DNA of 64,000 nt from Flavobacteriales bacterium (GCA_016717305.1 JADKFY010000002.1:346351-410350); one strand, 5' to 3'; positions 30,870 to 42,076 are shown, counted from the first letter of the stretch. Translations and numbers: made by a program. The notes: generated by a model from the sequence alone, not told the origin.

Positions 30870-32398
30870 TGCACGTGGATCGCATCGGCCGCGCGTTGCC
30901 CGTCCATGGCAGCGCTCACGATGCCCCCGGCGTAACCGGCCCCTTCACCACAGGGATAGAGACCTTCCACTTGATCATGCTGCAACGAAATGGCGTTGCG
31001 TGGGATGCGGACCGGCGAACTGGTGCGCGATTCAACCGCTACAACCACGGCTTCGTTGGTGCGGTATCCGCGCATCTTTTTCCCGAATTCCTTCAACCCT
31101 TCACGCAAGCGGACCGCTATTTCCTGCGGAAGTAGTTCGTGTACGTTGTACGGTACGATCCCCGGTGGGTAGCTGCATTCCGGAAGGTCCCGTGAAAACA
31201 CTCCATGGATGAAATCCTCCATGCGCTGTGCCGGTGCGGATTGCCGCTTTCCCCCAGCGATCCAAGCGGCGTGCTCGGTGGTCCTTTGGTAGGCCACTCC
31301 ACCTAAAGGATCATCACTGTTGTTCATGGGTGCGGTTACCACTACCCCCGAGTTGGCGAACGGGTTGTTGCGTTTACTGGGGCTCCAGCCATTGGTCACC
31401 ACTTCATCGTTGGCCGTGGCGCAGGGGGCGATGATCCCACCAGGGCACATGCAGAACGAATAAACGCCCAAGCCCCGCACTTGCTGTACCATGCTGTAGC
31501 TGGCTGGAGGCAAATACGGATCGCGAACGGCGCAGTGGTACTGGGCGGCATCAATGATCGCTTGCGGGTGTTCGATCCGCACCCCCATGGCGAATTCCTT
31601 GCGTTCGATCCGGATCCCCTTGGTGTGCAATAAGCTGAAAACATCTCGCGCAGAGTGTCCTGTTGCGAGCACAACTGCGGGTGCCAAGTATTCCTTGCCA
31701 TCTGCGGTCAGCACTCCGCTCATGCCACCGTTCTGGATCAGCAGGTCGGTAACCCGCGCGTTGAAATGGACCACGCCACCGGCTTGTTCGATCGCTTCCC
31801 GCATGCCGGTGATGATGCCGGGCAGCTTGTTCGTTCCAATGTGCGGGTGCGCATCGATCAGGATGTCGGGTGGTGCACCGTAGGCCACCAGTGTATCCAG
31901 CACCGAACGAATATCCCCGCGCTTATGGCTACGTGTGTAGAGCTTGCCGTCGCTGTAAGTACCCGCACCCCCTTCGCCGAAGCAGTAGTTGCTGTCACCA
32001 TCCACCACATGGAGCTTATTGATCGCGGCCAGATCGCGTCGCCTTGCACGCACATCCTTGCCGCGTTCCAGAATGATCGGTCGCAACCCGTGTTCGATGC
32101 ACCTTAGAGCCGCAAAAAGCCCGGCGGGCCCGCACCCGATTATGATCACCGGATCGGCATTGTGCACATCGGGTAGGGCAGGGGGAGCGATATTTTCGGC
32201 AGGTAGCTCCTGATCGGAAACCTGGACACGCAACCGCACCAAGGGTAATTTGCTGCGGGCATCGATGGATCGTTTCAGAACAGTGGATGCGCGCACTTCC
32301 TCGAGTGGCAGATCGGCGGCTTGGGCGGCCGCTTCGCGCACGATCACGGGGTCGCTGGCCTCACGGGGTGAGAGGGCGATATCGACCACCCGGTCCAT
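30851..32398 (-). CDS. FAD-dependent oxidoreductase (uncharacterised NAD(FAD)-utilising dehydrogenase family)
   Basis: Rossmann GxGxxG (VIIIGCGPAGLFAA) and a second dinucleotide motif; 19-nt convergent overlap with the TrmH gene. Confidence 0.7.
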   Translation of the reverse strand: MDRVVDIALSPREASDPVIVREAAAQAADLPLEEVRASTVLKRSIDARSKLPLVRLRVQVSDQELPAENIAPPALPDVHNADPVIIIGCGPAGLFAALRCIEHGLRPIILERGKDVRARRRDLAAINKLHVVDGDSNYCFGEGGAGTYSDGKLYTRSHKRGDIRSVLDTLVAYGAPPDILIDAHPHIGTNKLPGIITGMREAIEQAGGVVHFNARVTDLLIQNGGMSGVLTADGKEYLAPAVVLATGHSARDVFSLLHTKGIRIERKEFAMGVRIEHPQAIIDAAQYHCAVRDPYLPPASYSMVQQVRGLGVYSFCMCPGGIIAPCATANDEVVTNGWSPSKRNNPFANSGVVVTAPMNNSDDPLGGVAYQRTTEHAAWIAGGKRQSAPAQRMEDFIHGVFSRDLPECSYPPGIVPYNVHELLPQEIAVRLREGLKEFGKKMRGYRTNEAVVVAVESRTSSPVRIPRNAISLQHDQVEGLYPCGEGAGYAGGIVSAAMDGQRAADAIHVHYRKPR

Positions 32399-32401
32399 GG
32401 C

Positions 32402-33133
32402 TCAGCCCTCGAAAGTGAGCGTCAGTACCCACGTTTTGGACCGCAGACTTTGGATCGGGGTACTGAAACGGGTACCGTCATCGATCAGCAGGTTGGGGAT
32501 CCCGATAGCCGCCTTCAACTCCACACCGAATTTGAAATAGGTCAGGAACATATCCGCACCACCACCCACCTCCACGGCGTAATCGTTGCGTGCCATCTTC
32601 ACCACCACATCCTCGTCCAGGTTGTTGTTCACATCCTTCTGGCTGGCCATATCGATGCAGAACTTGCCACCGCCGAGCATGTAAACGGCGAAATTCCGGA
32701 TCCGTGCACTGCGGTATTTGAACAACAAAGGGAACTCCAAGTACGTGCTTTCCACGGGTTTCTGGAAGAACACTTGGCTGCCGTCCGGTTGCAGGAATTT
32801 GTACAAAAGGATCCGTTCTTGGAATGAGAGGGTAGGCAAAAATCGAAGGCTCACATATTCATTCAAGTTGAAGGAGGCCACGATACCCAAATTGAAGCCC
32901 GGTTGCTTCTGGTGTTCCAGGACGAGCAGCGAATCACGCACATTGGCCGTGGGCTTCAGCCGGACGAACAGGTCGCTCGTATTGTAGCTCAGCGCAAAGC
33001 CGAAATGGAATCGGTGTCGGTCGAAATTGGGCATATTCTCCACCTTGATCCGCTTCTGCGCGACCACCTCCTGAAAGGGTAGGAGCACGAGCACGAAAAG
33101 AAGTGGGAAAAGACCGGACCGGATGGATCGCAT
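32402..33133 (-). CDS. Outer-membrane beta-barrel protein (PorT/OmpA-like family), 3 nt upstream of the FAD-dependent gene
   Basis: Signal peptide MRSIRSGLFPLLFVLVLLPFQEVVAQ (internal Met of track ORF 32402..33178); amphipathic beta-strand pattern. The family call is tentative. Confidence 0.5.
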   Translation of the reverse strand: MRSIRSGLFPLLFVLVLLPFQEVVAQKRIKVENMPNFDRHRFHFGFALSYNTSDLFVRLKPTANVRDSLLVLEHQKQPGFNLGIVASFNLNEYVSLRFLPTLSFQERILLYKFLQPDGSQVFFQKPVESTYLEFPLLFKYRSARIRNFAVYMLGGGKFCIDMASQKDVNNNLDEDVVVKMARNDYAVEVGGGADMFLTYFKFGVELKAAIGIPNLLIDDGTRFSTPIQSLRSKTWVLTLTFEG

Positions 33134-33407
33134 GGTAGTGTCGTTACCCATTGATCCGTTAACTAACGCTCGCCTCAATTTCTTCTTTATGCAAGGCGGA
33201 ACATGCGCGTCGTAGCTGGAGCTACGACGAAATGTTCCAACGCTGCAGGAAGGAGGAAGTGAGGATGAGATGGCTAACGGATTAATGGGTTACGACACTG
33301 GAGGCAACGAAAGTAGGGAACGATCTTGTGCGGTCAGGCGATAAACGTTCATGGGATCGTTTTCGTGGCCCGGTCCAACGGCCGTTCACAATGCTTCAGG
33401 ACCTTGT

Positions 33408-34124
33408 TCATTTCCGCGCGGCGTACAAGGTGGCAATACCACCGGTCAGTGGCTTTGCTGTAGCCTCTTTGGCCCCGGCTTCCTTCAGCATACTAACGAA
33501 CGCATCGCCTTCGGGAAAAGCATCAACGCTCTTCGGAAGGTAGGTATAGGCCTCACTGTCCTTGCTCACGGTGCGGCCGATCAACGGCATTATCCGGTGA
33601 AAATAGAACCGGAAGAGCTGACGCATTGGTGTGTGTTGGGGCTTGGAGAACTCCAGAACGAAGAGCCTTCCGTTGGGTTTGAGCACGCGGAACATTTCCA
33701 ACAGACCACGTTGCAGGTCCTCGAAGTTGCGCACCCCGAAGGCTACGGTAACGGCATCGAACGTTCCGTCCGCAAAGGGCAGGGCGGTGCTATCCGCCTG
33801 TTGCAAAGTGACCTTCTTCTCCAGTTGCCGCTTGGTCACTTTAACACGACCGTGGGAAAGCATTCCTTCGGATATGTCGATCCCCGTGACCCGTTCCGCC
33901 TTTGGCGCCGCCATGATCGCGAGGTCGGCCGTTCCGGTTGCCACATCCAAAAGGTGTTGTACAGGTTCGGCACCCAACAAGCGCACCACTTTGCGCCGCC
34001 AGCCTTGATCGATGCCCAAGGAGAACAAGCGGTTCAGTAGGTCATACTTGGGGCTGATCGCATCGAACATGCGTTCCACCTGCTCGCGTTTGGAGCCTTC
34101 TTCTGAATATGGGGTCACGGTCAT
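33408..34124 (-). CDS. ubiE: Demethylmenaquinone / ubiquinone C-methyltransferase
   Basis: VERMFDAISPKYDLLNRLFSLGIDQGWRR ... LDVATGTADLA ... VLKPNGRLFVLEFS are UbiE/MenG motifs; ATGA overlap with the upstream kinase gene. Confidence 0.85.
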   Translation of the reverse strand: MTVTPYSEEGSKREQVERMFDAISPKYDLLNRLFSLGIDQGWRRKVVRLLGAEPVQHLLDVATGTADLAIMAAPKAERVTGIDISEGMLSHGRVKVTKRQLEKKVTLQQADSTALPFADGTFDAVTVAFGVRNFEDLQRGLLEMFRVLKPNGRLFVLEFSKPQHTPMRQLFRFYFHRIMPLIGRTVSKDSEAYTYLPKSVDAFPEGDAFVSMLKEAGAKEATAKPLTGGIATLYAARK

Positions 34125-35118
34125 TTCAGTAATTCGAGACGCTTTGCTTCAGCTTGGAACCGTACGGGATCGATCGGCACCACGCCGACTTCTTCACAGA
34201 CCAAGCCACCGGCCAAGTTCGCCAAGGCGGTCATTTGCTCGATCGGGAGTTGCTGCGCCAATGCCAATGTGGCCACGGCGATCACGGTATCTCCGGCACC
34301 GCTTACATCGGCGATCTTCCGATGATGGGCCGGCAGTAGGTGTTCTTCGGTAGCATTGTGGACGTAGGCCCCATGTTCACTCATGGTGACCATGGTAATG
34401 GCATTGTCGAGGGTCGACTCCAGCGCTTTTACGGCATTGCGCACACTTCCAAGGTCATCACCGGTCACTTCCAACTTCATGCCTTCTCGCAGTTCCTTCA
34501 AGTTCGGTTTGAAGAGATCCACTCCACGGTACGCCAGAAAATTTGCGGTCTTCGGATCTACGGCGACGGGTATCCCCGCCTGCTTCGCGAGATCGATCAC
34601 GGCTTTGATCGTGTTCGGGGTCAACACCCCTTTATTGTAGTCCTCGATCAAGATCGCGGCGGGTTTCCTGAAATCGATGGTCTCCTTCACCCGTTTGATG
34701 AAAGCGGCCTCGTCTTCCGCTGAAAGCGGGTGCGTATCCTCCTCATCAACGCGTACCACATGCTGATGCCCACTGATCACGCGGGTCTTTACCGTGGTGC
34801 GACGGTCCTTGCTCCGCAACAAGCCGACGCTGTCCAATTCCATTTCCAGGAAACGTTCGGCCATGGTTTCCGCGGAAGCATCCTTTCCGATCACGCTCAC
34901 GACCACAGGTATTGCACCCAATGCGCGCAGGTTCAAGGCCACATTGGCGGCACCGCCGAGCCGGGCATTCCGGTCCGTCACCTGCACGATGGGCACTGGC
35001 GCTTCGGGTGAAATACGTGCCACTTTTCCCAGAGGTAGGCATCCAACATCACATCACCGACCACCAGAACGGTGGTGCCTTTTGCACGTTGCAGGAAGGC
35101 GTCCAGGGCAGTGCTCAT
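34121..35118 (-). pseudogene. hldE: PfkB-family sugar kinase, HldE/RfaE domain-I-like (D-glycero-D-manno-heptose-7-P kinase type), interrupted by a single-base frameshift after codon ~31
   Basis: The N-terminus MSTALDAFLQRAKGTTVLVVGDVMLDAYLWEK (ATG at 35118, ATGA overlap with the aminotransferase stop) is in a different frame from the rest (ARISPEAPVPIVQV ... DVSGAGDTV, track ORF 34121..35023). One extra A in the A4/T4 run at 35024-35027 would give the contiguous consensus ...GDVMLDAYLWEKVARISPEAPVP. Confidence 0.7.
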
Positions 35119-36299
35119 CTTGATGCCAGTTGGGCGATCCCTTTGGCAACGCGTTCCATAGCCTCGGTCAATTTCGCATCGCTGGTGGCGTAGCTGATCC
35201 GCAGCGTGCCTTCTGCACCGAAGGACTTTCCTTCAACCAAACTAACCCCAGCGGTATCGAGCAGGTAGAGGCTCAGATCAACAGAACCTTTAATGGTGCG
35301 TCCATCGATGGAGGCGCTAACATCCGGTAAGAGATAAAAGGCACCTTGTGGCACGTTGCATTTCCAACCGGGGATCCGTTGCACGGCGGCCAATACGAGG
35401 TCGCGCCGGCGGAGGAAGTCGTTGCGCATGGGCAAGAGCACTGCGGGGTCGGCTTCCACACATGCTTTCGCTACACGTTGGGCGATGCTGTTGGTCCCAC
35501 TGGTGAATTGTCCTTGCACTTTGTTCGCGGCCTGTGCGATCCAAAGTGGTGCGCCGATGTAGCCCAAACGCCAGCCGGTCAATGCGAACGCCTTGCTGAG
35601 GCCGTTCACGGTAATGGTGCGTTCGGCCATACCGGGCAGGGAGGCGAAACTGATGTGCTCACCTTCGAAGATAATGTGCTCGTAGATCTCATCAGCGACC
35701 ACGTAGATGTCGGGATGTTTTCGGACCACTTCCGCCAGAGCCTCCAACTCGGGGCGGGTAAGCACCGAGCCACTTGGATTGCACGGTGAGCTGAACATGA
35801 TCAGACGTGTGCGAGGGGTGATCGCTTGTTCAATGCGTTCGATGGGTGCTTTCCAATCCTCTTCCAATGAGGAGTGGACCAACACCGGAGTAGCACCGGC
35901 CAAACGGACTTGGGCAGAGTAACTTACCCAATAGGGTGCAGGAATGACCACTTCATCGCCGGGCCCCACCAAGGCCATGATCACGTTGATCAAGGCCTGC
36001 TTTGCACCGGTGCTCACCACGATCTGATCGGGCGTATAGGTCAGTCCGTTGTCCCGTTCAAACTTATTGGCGATCGCCTTGCGCACATCCAAGTAGCCGT
36101 TCACGGGCGGGTACTTGTGCCAAGGGCCTCGAATGGCTTCTTGTGCTGCTTCAAGGGCAAAGGCGGGTGGGTCGTGGTCGGGTTCGCCCAAGCTCAGATC
36201 AATGATGTCCTTTCCTTGTTCGCGCAATTCCCGGGCGCGTCGCGCCATGAGCAGGGTTGCAGGTTCAGTAATAGCGGATACAGTGGGCGATAGGTGCAT
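35115..36299 (-). CDS. PLP-dependent aminotransferase class I/II (aspartate aminotransferase-like)
   Basis: Full-length fold-type-I aminotransferase (LSLGEPD ... NPSGSV ... SKAFALTGWRLGY). Confidence 0.85.
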   Translation of the reverse strand: MHLSPTVSAITEPATLLMARRARELREQGKDIIDLSLGEPDHDPPAFALEAAQEAIRGPWHKYPPVNGYLDVRKAIANKFERDNGLTYTPDQIVVSTGAKQALINVIMALVGPGDEVVIPAPYWVSYSAQVRLAGATPVLVHSSLEEDWKAPIERIEQAITPRTRLIMFSSPCNPSGSVLTRPELEALAEVVRKHPDIYVVADEIYEHIIFEGEHISFASLPGMAERTITVNGLSKAFALTGWRLGYIGAPLWIAQAANKVQGQFTSGTNSIAQRVAKACVEADPAVLLPMRNDFLRRRDLVLAAVQRIPGWKCNVPQGAFYLLPDVSASIDGRTIKGSVDLSLYLLDTAGVSLVEGKSFGAEGTLRISYATSDAKLTEAMERVAKGIAQLASR

Positions 36300-36419
36300 G
36301 ACGGCGAACTTCTGGGTCGACCCGAACGGTCGTTCGGGGCGGCAAAACTACGAAGGCATGCGGGGAGGTCGTTCGTGTAACCGTTGGACTCCCGATATTC
36401 GTGCTCTTCTTCCACACAC

Positions 36420-36944
36420 ATGAACGATCCTGTCATTCTGGTCCTGGTGGCCGTCCTGCCATCCATTGTTGTATTTCTCACGGCTTTCTTTTTGTTGAAG
36501 CAGGTCTTGGCGGGCCAAGCCGGTCAACGGTCCATGGATGTGCGCAAGGAGGACCACAAGCACTTATTGCCTTTGCGTTTACAGGCCTACGAACGGTTGA
36601 CCTTGTTCTCCGAACGGATCAATCCCGGTGCGCTGGTGTTGCGTGTGCACAAAGGAAGCATGGGTTCACGCACCTTCCATGGAACATTGGTGGCCACCAT
36701 TCGTGAGGAGTACGAGCATAACGTAACGCAACAGGTCTACGTGGGGGACAAGGTGTGGAGCAAAGTGAAGCAAGCGAAGGAAGAGACCATCCGATTGGTC
36801 AATTTGAGCTACGAGCAAACGGGCGATACACCATCAGGTACCGAGCTGAGCAGAAGGATATTCGAGAACGTATCAAAGCTCTCGCACACTCCTTCGCAGG
36901 AATGCCTCGTGGCGATCAAGGAAGAGGTACGTCGCCTTTTCTGA
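36420..36944 (+). CDS. Hypothetical membrane-anchored protein
   Basis: N-terminal TM helix (MNDPVILVLVAVLPSIVVFLTAFFLL); no recognisable family; 29-nt convergent overlap with meaB. Confidence 0.45.
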   Translation: MNDPVILVLVAVLPSIVVFLTAFFLLKQVLAGQAGQRSMDVRKEDHKHLLPLRLQAYERLTLFSERINPGALVLRVHKGSMGSRTFHGTLVATIREEYEHNVTQQVYVGDKVWSKVKQAKEETIRLVNLSYEQTGDTPSGTELSRRIFENVSKLSHTPSQECLVAIKEEVRRLF

Positions 36945-37914
36945 TCTTCTCCAAGAGCACGTTGGCGGCTTGGAATGGGCCGATCGCACCATCCCGTACG
37001 CGGGCACGAAGATCCATTTCCGCTTTAGCGAATTCGGGGTCTTGTTGAACGAATTCCAACAGCCCTTCCCGAAACGCGTGCTGCATCCAGTGTACGTTCT
37101 GGTCTTGTCTGCGCTTGGTCAAATGACCGTTGTTCCTGTCGGTCGAATGCAGTTCCAGCACATGGTCCATCAGTTCGGTGATCCCATTGCCAGCAAGGGC
37201 ATCGGTGAGCAGTACCTTGGGTTGCCTACCACTTTCGCGCATGGGCAGGAAAGGGATGGCATTTGCCAGCGCACTTTGTGCGGCGTTGAGTTGCTCTTTC
37301 TTGGAGTCGCTGGTCTTCGTCAACACGATCACATCGGCGCTTTCCATGATCCCACGCTTGATCCCTTGGAGTTCATCCCCGGCTCCGGGGATCATCAGGA
37401 GCAAGTTCAAGTCGGTCATTTGATCCACCTCCAATTCGCTTTGGCCAACGCCCACGGTCTCGAGCAGGATCATATCATAACCGGCGGCCTCGCACAAGAC
37501 GATCGTTTCACGCGCCATGCGGGCCATACCGCCCAAATGACCAGAGCTGGGCGTCGGCCGAATGAAGGCTTGTTCCGAACGGGAAAGGTCCTCCATGCGC
37601 GTCTTATCGCCCAGGATACTGCCGCCGGACCGCGTACTACTGGGATCCGTGGCCAGCACGGCAACGCGGTGACCTGCCGCAATAGCCTGTGCTCCGAGGG
37701 AATTGATCAAGGTGCTTTTACCCACTCCGGGAATTCCGGTGATGCCGATCCGGATACCTTTTCCACTCAACGGCATGGCAAGGGAGATCAAGTCCGCGGC
37801 TGCACTGCGGTCCTTCAGCTGGGTGCTCTCGATCAAGGTTATGGCCCTGGCCAGTGCGCCACGATCACCATTCCGTAGCAGCTCGAACAAGCTGTTGGTA
37901 TCTGCGAGCGCCAT
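36916..37914 (-). CDS. meaB: Methylmalonyl-CoA mutase-associated GTPase MeaB/ArgK
   Basis: P-loop GITGIPGVGKST plus ... LETVGVGQSE ... VLTKTD-like motifs; start at the internal Met (MALADTNSL...). Confidence 0.85.
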   Translation of the reverse strand: MALADTNSLFELLRNGDRGALARAITLIESTQLKDRSAAADLISLAMPLSGKGIRIGITGIPGVGKSTLINSLGAQAIAAGHRVAVLATDPSSTRSGGSILGDKTRMEDLSRSEQAFIRPTPSSGHLGGMARMARETIVLCEAAGYDMILLETVGVGQSELEVDQMTDLNLLLMIPGAGDELQGIKRGIMESADVIVLTKTSDSKKEQLNAAQSALANAIPFLPMRESGRQPKVLLTDALAGNGITELMDHVLELHSTDRNNGHLTKRRQDQNVHWMQHAFREGLLEFVQQDPEFAKAEMDLRARVRDGAIGPFQAANVLLEKIRKGDVPLP

Positions 37915-37922
37915 CGGGCGGG

Positions 37923-38501
37923 TCACGAACCTCGTCGGTATTTCTCCACCCACGTGCTGTCGGCCACGTCGTGCAGCAGGTTAAAGGCACTCTCACCACG
38001 GGCAAGATCATTAAGGTGAAGCATACCATATTCGGTTAGCATGATCAACTGCCGGGGTGAAGGTGCTTCCCTATTCTCGGCCCAGCCTTTTCCGGGGTGC
38101 TGGCCATCGGAAAGTCGAAAAGGATATTCCCAGAAACGGATCTTCCACAAATTGTCGAAGACCTCACAATCCAACAAAAAGTGGTCCACGGTGTCCGGGT
38201 TCTCCGAGAGGCAGATGTCCACGTTGTATTTGCGGAACAAGTTGATCCCTTCAGGATTCGCCTTACTGGGCACCACACCTTGTGCCTGGAGCACGAACTG
38301 GTCGCGGGTCATCGGTTCGGCTTGTAGCACACGGCCTTCGAATTCCTTCACCGTGAACAGGGTAAAAAGCTGATTGTTCAGACCGGTATTGAGGCTAATA
38401 CCGAACGTATAGGTGGCGAACGGCGGACTGAAGAGCCCTTTGCCGCTCATGAGCGGGGTGAGGCCCAACAGAAGAAGTAGGGTTCTAAGTGGAACGCGCA
38501 T
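37923..38501 (-). CDS. Hypothetical secreted protein
   Basis: Signal peptide MRVPLRTLLLLLGLTPLMSG; no family recognised. Confidence 0.4.
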   Translation of the reverse strand: MRVPLRTLLLLLGLTPLMSGKGLFSPPFATYTFGISLNTGLNNQLFTLFTVKEFEGRVLQAEPMTRDQFVLQAQGVVPSKANPEGINLFRKYNVDICLSENPDTVDHFLLDCEVFDNLWKIRFWEYPFRLSDGQHPGKGWAENREAPSPRQLIMLTEYGMLHLNDLARGESAFNLLHDVADSTWVEKYRRGS

Positions 38502-38553
38502 CCACCGCGAAGGTACCGGGTTTACAGGGAATAGGAGGCAAGACCCGAATGGC

Positions 38554-41500
38554 TCACTCCTTCACGAAGCGTGCGCTGGAAAGCTGACCTCGCACGTCCT
38601 GAAGTTGGAACGTGTAGCTCCCAGCTCCCAAACGAGGTAGAGCGATCGACCTTTGGTTCAACCCATCGTCCATCAACAACGGACCTGAAATGGCGATACG
38701 ACCCGTATTGTCAAGGATCCTGTATTGCCCGGAACCTTCGCTCATGCCTTTGAATTCGAGCCCCAATTGCTCGCCGACCGGATTTGGCCGAATGGTGATC
38801 TTTCCAGCGGACGGGCCATGGAAAGCCGTTACCACCCTGGAGAATTCCTCTGAACCTTGGGCATCGATCAGTGCGATCCTGTAATGGTTGGTGCCGATCA
38901 GTGGGGTCGTGTCCATGAATTTATAGGCTTGGGTCCCCGATGTAATCACCGGCACTTCGATAACGCCGATCCCGGCAAAGGTTCGACCATCCGCCGATCG
39001 TTCAATGCGATAACTGCCGGTGTTGTGCGTGCCGGAAGTAAGCCAGTCCACCGAAATTCCCTGTTCCCCTGCGGTTGCGAATAGGTCCAACAGGTCCAGT
39101 GGGGTATAGATGCAATCGATCGAGGCGCCCCCCTGTGTATTCCAATTGAGGGTGAATCCATTGGTGGTGAGGTACCAGTTGTCCAAGAACAGGGTGTACC
39201 ATTGTCCGGGCAATACATCCAAATAGCGTGTCCATCCATCACCGAAAACGCCTTCGGAAATGTCGGTAGCAGTAAAATTCAGACCGGTCACGGCAGCACC
39301 ATCGGCCCACGAACAACGGATCGGCAAGCTATTGGGTGGGCAGGTAATACCACCGGTGTATGGACCCCAAACACCGTAGTCGTAATCGGTGTTGCCCGGT
39401 CCCACGCTGAATCCCAATTATCCGCCGAGATAGACGTAGAAGCTGTACCAGACCCCCCTACGTTCATTGGTGATCAAACAGCCCCGGTTGCTGAAGTTCA
39501 AGTCTTGGACATCACCGATGTTCAGGGGTGTTGCGCTTAGGGATGCATCGCCGCAAACTTGTTCCGCACCAAGGCAATCTTCTTGCGGAGCTGGAGGAAC
39601 GTTGCACAAATTGTCCACCACGAATAGAAAGAAGGGGGTGCTAGGAGGCGTTCCGCTATTCAGCAGCAGTCCACCGTTCTGTGCCCTCACGGTATACCCG
39701 ATCTGGTTCTGGAACCCACCCACCGGTGTATAGGTGATCTGGAAGATATCGGTCGGGTTCCCACCGAAAATTACACTGCCCACCGCACCTGTGATCGTGT
39801 AGTTCGTTACAATGGGTGGCCCGATCCCCAAGGGGAACCGATTGATGGTGACCGTCGATCCGTCCCAGCCATCACCGCCAAGGTCGGTCATGCGCAAGGT
39901 GTACGAACAAGCGCCCGGAGGTGGGTCTGTGCGGCTTGCACAGATCTGGAAGCTGCTCGCCACTGCGGTTCCTTGTCGCCAAACCCGGATATAGACCAGT
40001 TGGCCTGCGGGGGGTAGACCGGCAAGGATGGTCAACTTTGGCATGTCCGTGCCGTTCTGGCTCCCATTGGTGATGCATTGGCCGATCGCAGCCAAACTCA
40101 AGTTGCCACCACCGCAGGTACCGGAGACCACACGGTACACTTCCATGGCGGCATCGGTGAGCGCCCCATCATCAGTATCCAACACCAATTGGCCGTTGGG
40201 GGGCACCACGGCAGTGAACCAGACATCGTTGTTCGCGGCGCCTCCACAACTGGGGTTGGGTACATTGATCGTTCCTGCGGGGGGCGGGGCATTGACAGTG
40301 GTTGTGGCATTCCCCATTGTGGCGCTGTTGAGCGAACAGCCATATTGGACGGTAAGGGGTAACGCCCCGCATGGATCATCGTTAGGTGGTGGTGATGTGG
40401 GTTTGGCGCAGATGGTGAACGTACCGAAGACCGTGGTCTTGTTCCATACACGGACATAAATGACGGTGCCCTGTGGTACAGTAGGTGGGACCAAGGTGAT
40501 CGTGGGCAGCGCAGCACCGCCGGGATCACTGCATGCCACTTCTGTCAAGGTGCCATTGCATGTTCCGGTATACACGGCCATGGCGGCATCGGTCAAGTTG
40601 GCGCTGGGGATATTGATCACCGTACCCACGCTCGGGGTCATCGGAGTTACCGGTGTGGTGAGGGTGAACCACACATCGCGCAAGGGTGCCACGTTGCCAC
40701 ACGTTGGCACGGCAGGGAGGTATGTAGGCCCGGTAGATGGCGTTGCATTCTGCGTGGATGAATTGATCGTTGTACAAGCGGCATCCACGGTAATGGGAGT
40801 AGCGTTGCACGGTTCGTCGTTCACGGGCAAAACCGGGTTGTACGCACAGATCTCGAAAGATCCACCGTTCAGGATATTGCTCTCGGGCCAAACGCGGATA
40901 TAGATCACGTCCCCCGGCGTTAGCCCGGTCCGAAGAAGATAGGGTTGAAGACTTCCGGGAGCGATGTCATCGTTACAATCCAAAACGGTCCAATTGGAAG
41001 CTGGAAGGGCCGGTGCACTGCAAACGGGCGGTATGTACCAAGCCATGCCAATGTTGGTGGCCACGACCAAATTGGTCTCTACGGCCAAATTACCGCTAGG
41101 GGGCACCACGGCGGTAAACCACACGTCCGCATTGTTGGGGTAATTGCCGCAAGGTGGAGTTCCGATACCGGATGTCGCCGTTGCCCAGGTGGTGCCGGAG
41201 GTGATCATGCTGCATGAGTTCCCTACGTTAAGGACTATGGCGGTACACGGGTTGTCGTTCACCGGGGGCGGAGGTACGGGTGAGCAGGTGATCTGGATGG
41301 TTCCGCAAAGGGCTGTGTTGTTCGCACACGTAGGCGGTGGGCCTGAAATGCGGATGTTGTAGCTGGCATTTACCGACGGGTTGAACGTTACGGTGCTCAA
41401 TGGACCACCGCAGCCGTTATCATCCCATACATAGCCCGTGGTTGTACCATTGGAAATGGTCAAGTACGAATTCCAGGATGTATTCGTCGAACTACAAAGT

Positions 41501-41886
41501 GAAATGGTGTACACGTTCGATGCACACATGTAGATGGGGATCCGTTGGCCTTCGCAAACGGTGGTCGTGAACAATGTTGGGCAAGCGGCACACGCACCCG
41601 TTATGGACGCCGGTGGCCAATTCTGAACCCATGTATTCGGTGGAGAAGATACGAGTGGGTTCGGCCAACCGGTCGCATTGGCAGGAACGATGGTGGCGGC
41701 CGTATAACACTGGGCTCTTAATTCCCTGTTGCCCTGCAGTACCACAAAGCCCGCGATCAAGATCACAACCCATCGGTCCATGCTCCACTTTCCACTGCGC
41801 TTTTCACGCGTGCGGTGCAGCGTGCAGTTCTTCGGAGCCGTCCGTGTAACAGTGGGATTTTCGGGTGGTCCTTGTGGCATCGACAA
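38554..41886 (-). pseudogene. Giant modular T9SS cargo protein, paralog 1 (PPC-like beta-sandwich repeats, conserved C-terminal region, Ig-like domain, T9SS sorting domain), interrupted by an in-frame TAA at 39418-39420
   Basis: Track ORFs 39418..41886 and 38554..39417 are in the same frame, separated only by a TAA. Aligned with paralog 2, ...WYSFYVYLGG*LGFSVGPGNTDYDYGVWGPY matches ...AAAGNLAFTISPGGYADYDFAVWGPY, so the stop sits where the paralog has Asn. The downstream 'start' is a TTG in the track. Confidence 0.7.
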
Positions 41887-42021
41887 GCGAAGATAGCTGG
41901 ATCTTAACAGCTTGCAACTTATGTTGAAAACGTTCGATCGCCAGCCGGGTTGCCTTGTTGGGAAGCCACCGGCTCATCTCATACACGGAATGTCCAAAAA
42001 GAAGCATGCGGGTCCCGAAAA

Positions 42022-42060
42022 TGGAACGGGGCCGCCTCGTTTGAGACAGCCCCGTTCGAA
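42022..42060 (-). terminator. Putative terminator between paralog 2 and paralog 1
   Basis: Minus strand GAACGGGGC-(16 nt loop)-GCCCCGTTC followed by CATTTTC, directly after the paralog-2 stop (42077). Confidence 0.4.
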
Positions 42061-42076
42061 TTGCATTTGTTCTTTT

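Noticed and set aside
33351-34040. Plus-strand ORF 33351..34040 (229 aa); likewise 36970..37878 and 60068..60925
   Set aside because: They are antisense to ubiE, meaB and the SprB-like gene respectively, and are typical GC-rich shadow ORFs.
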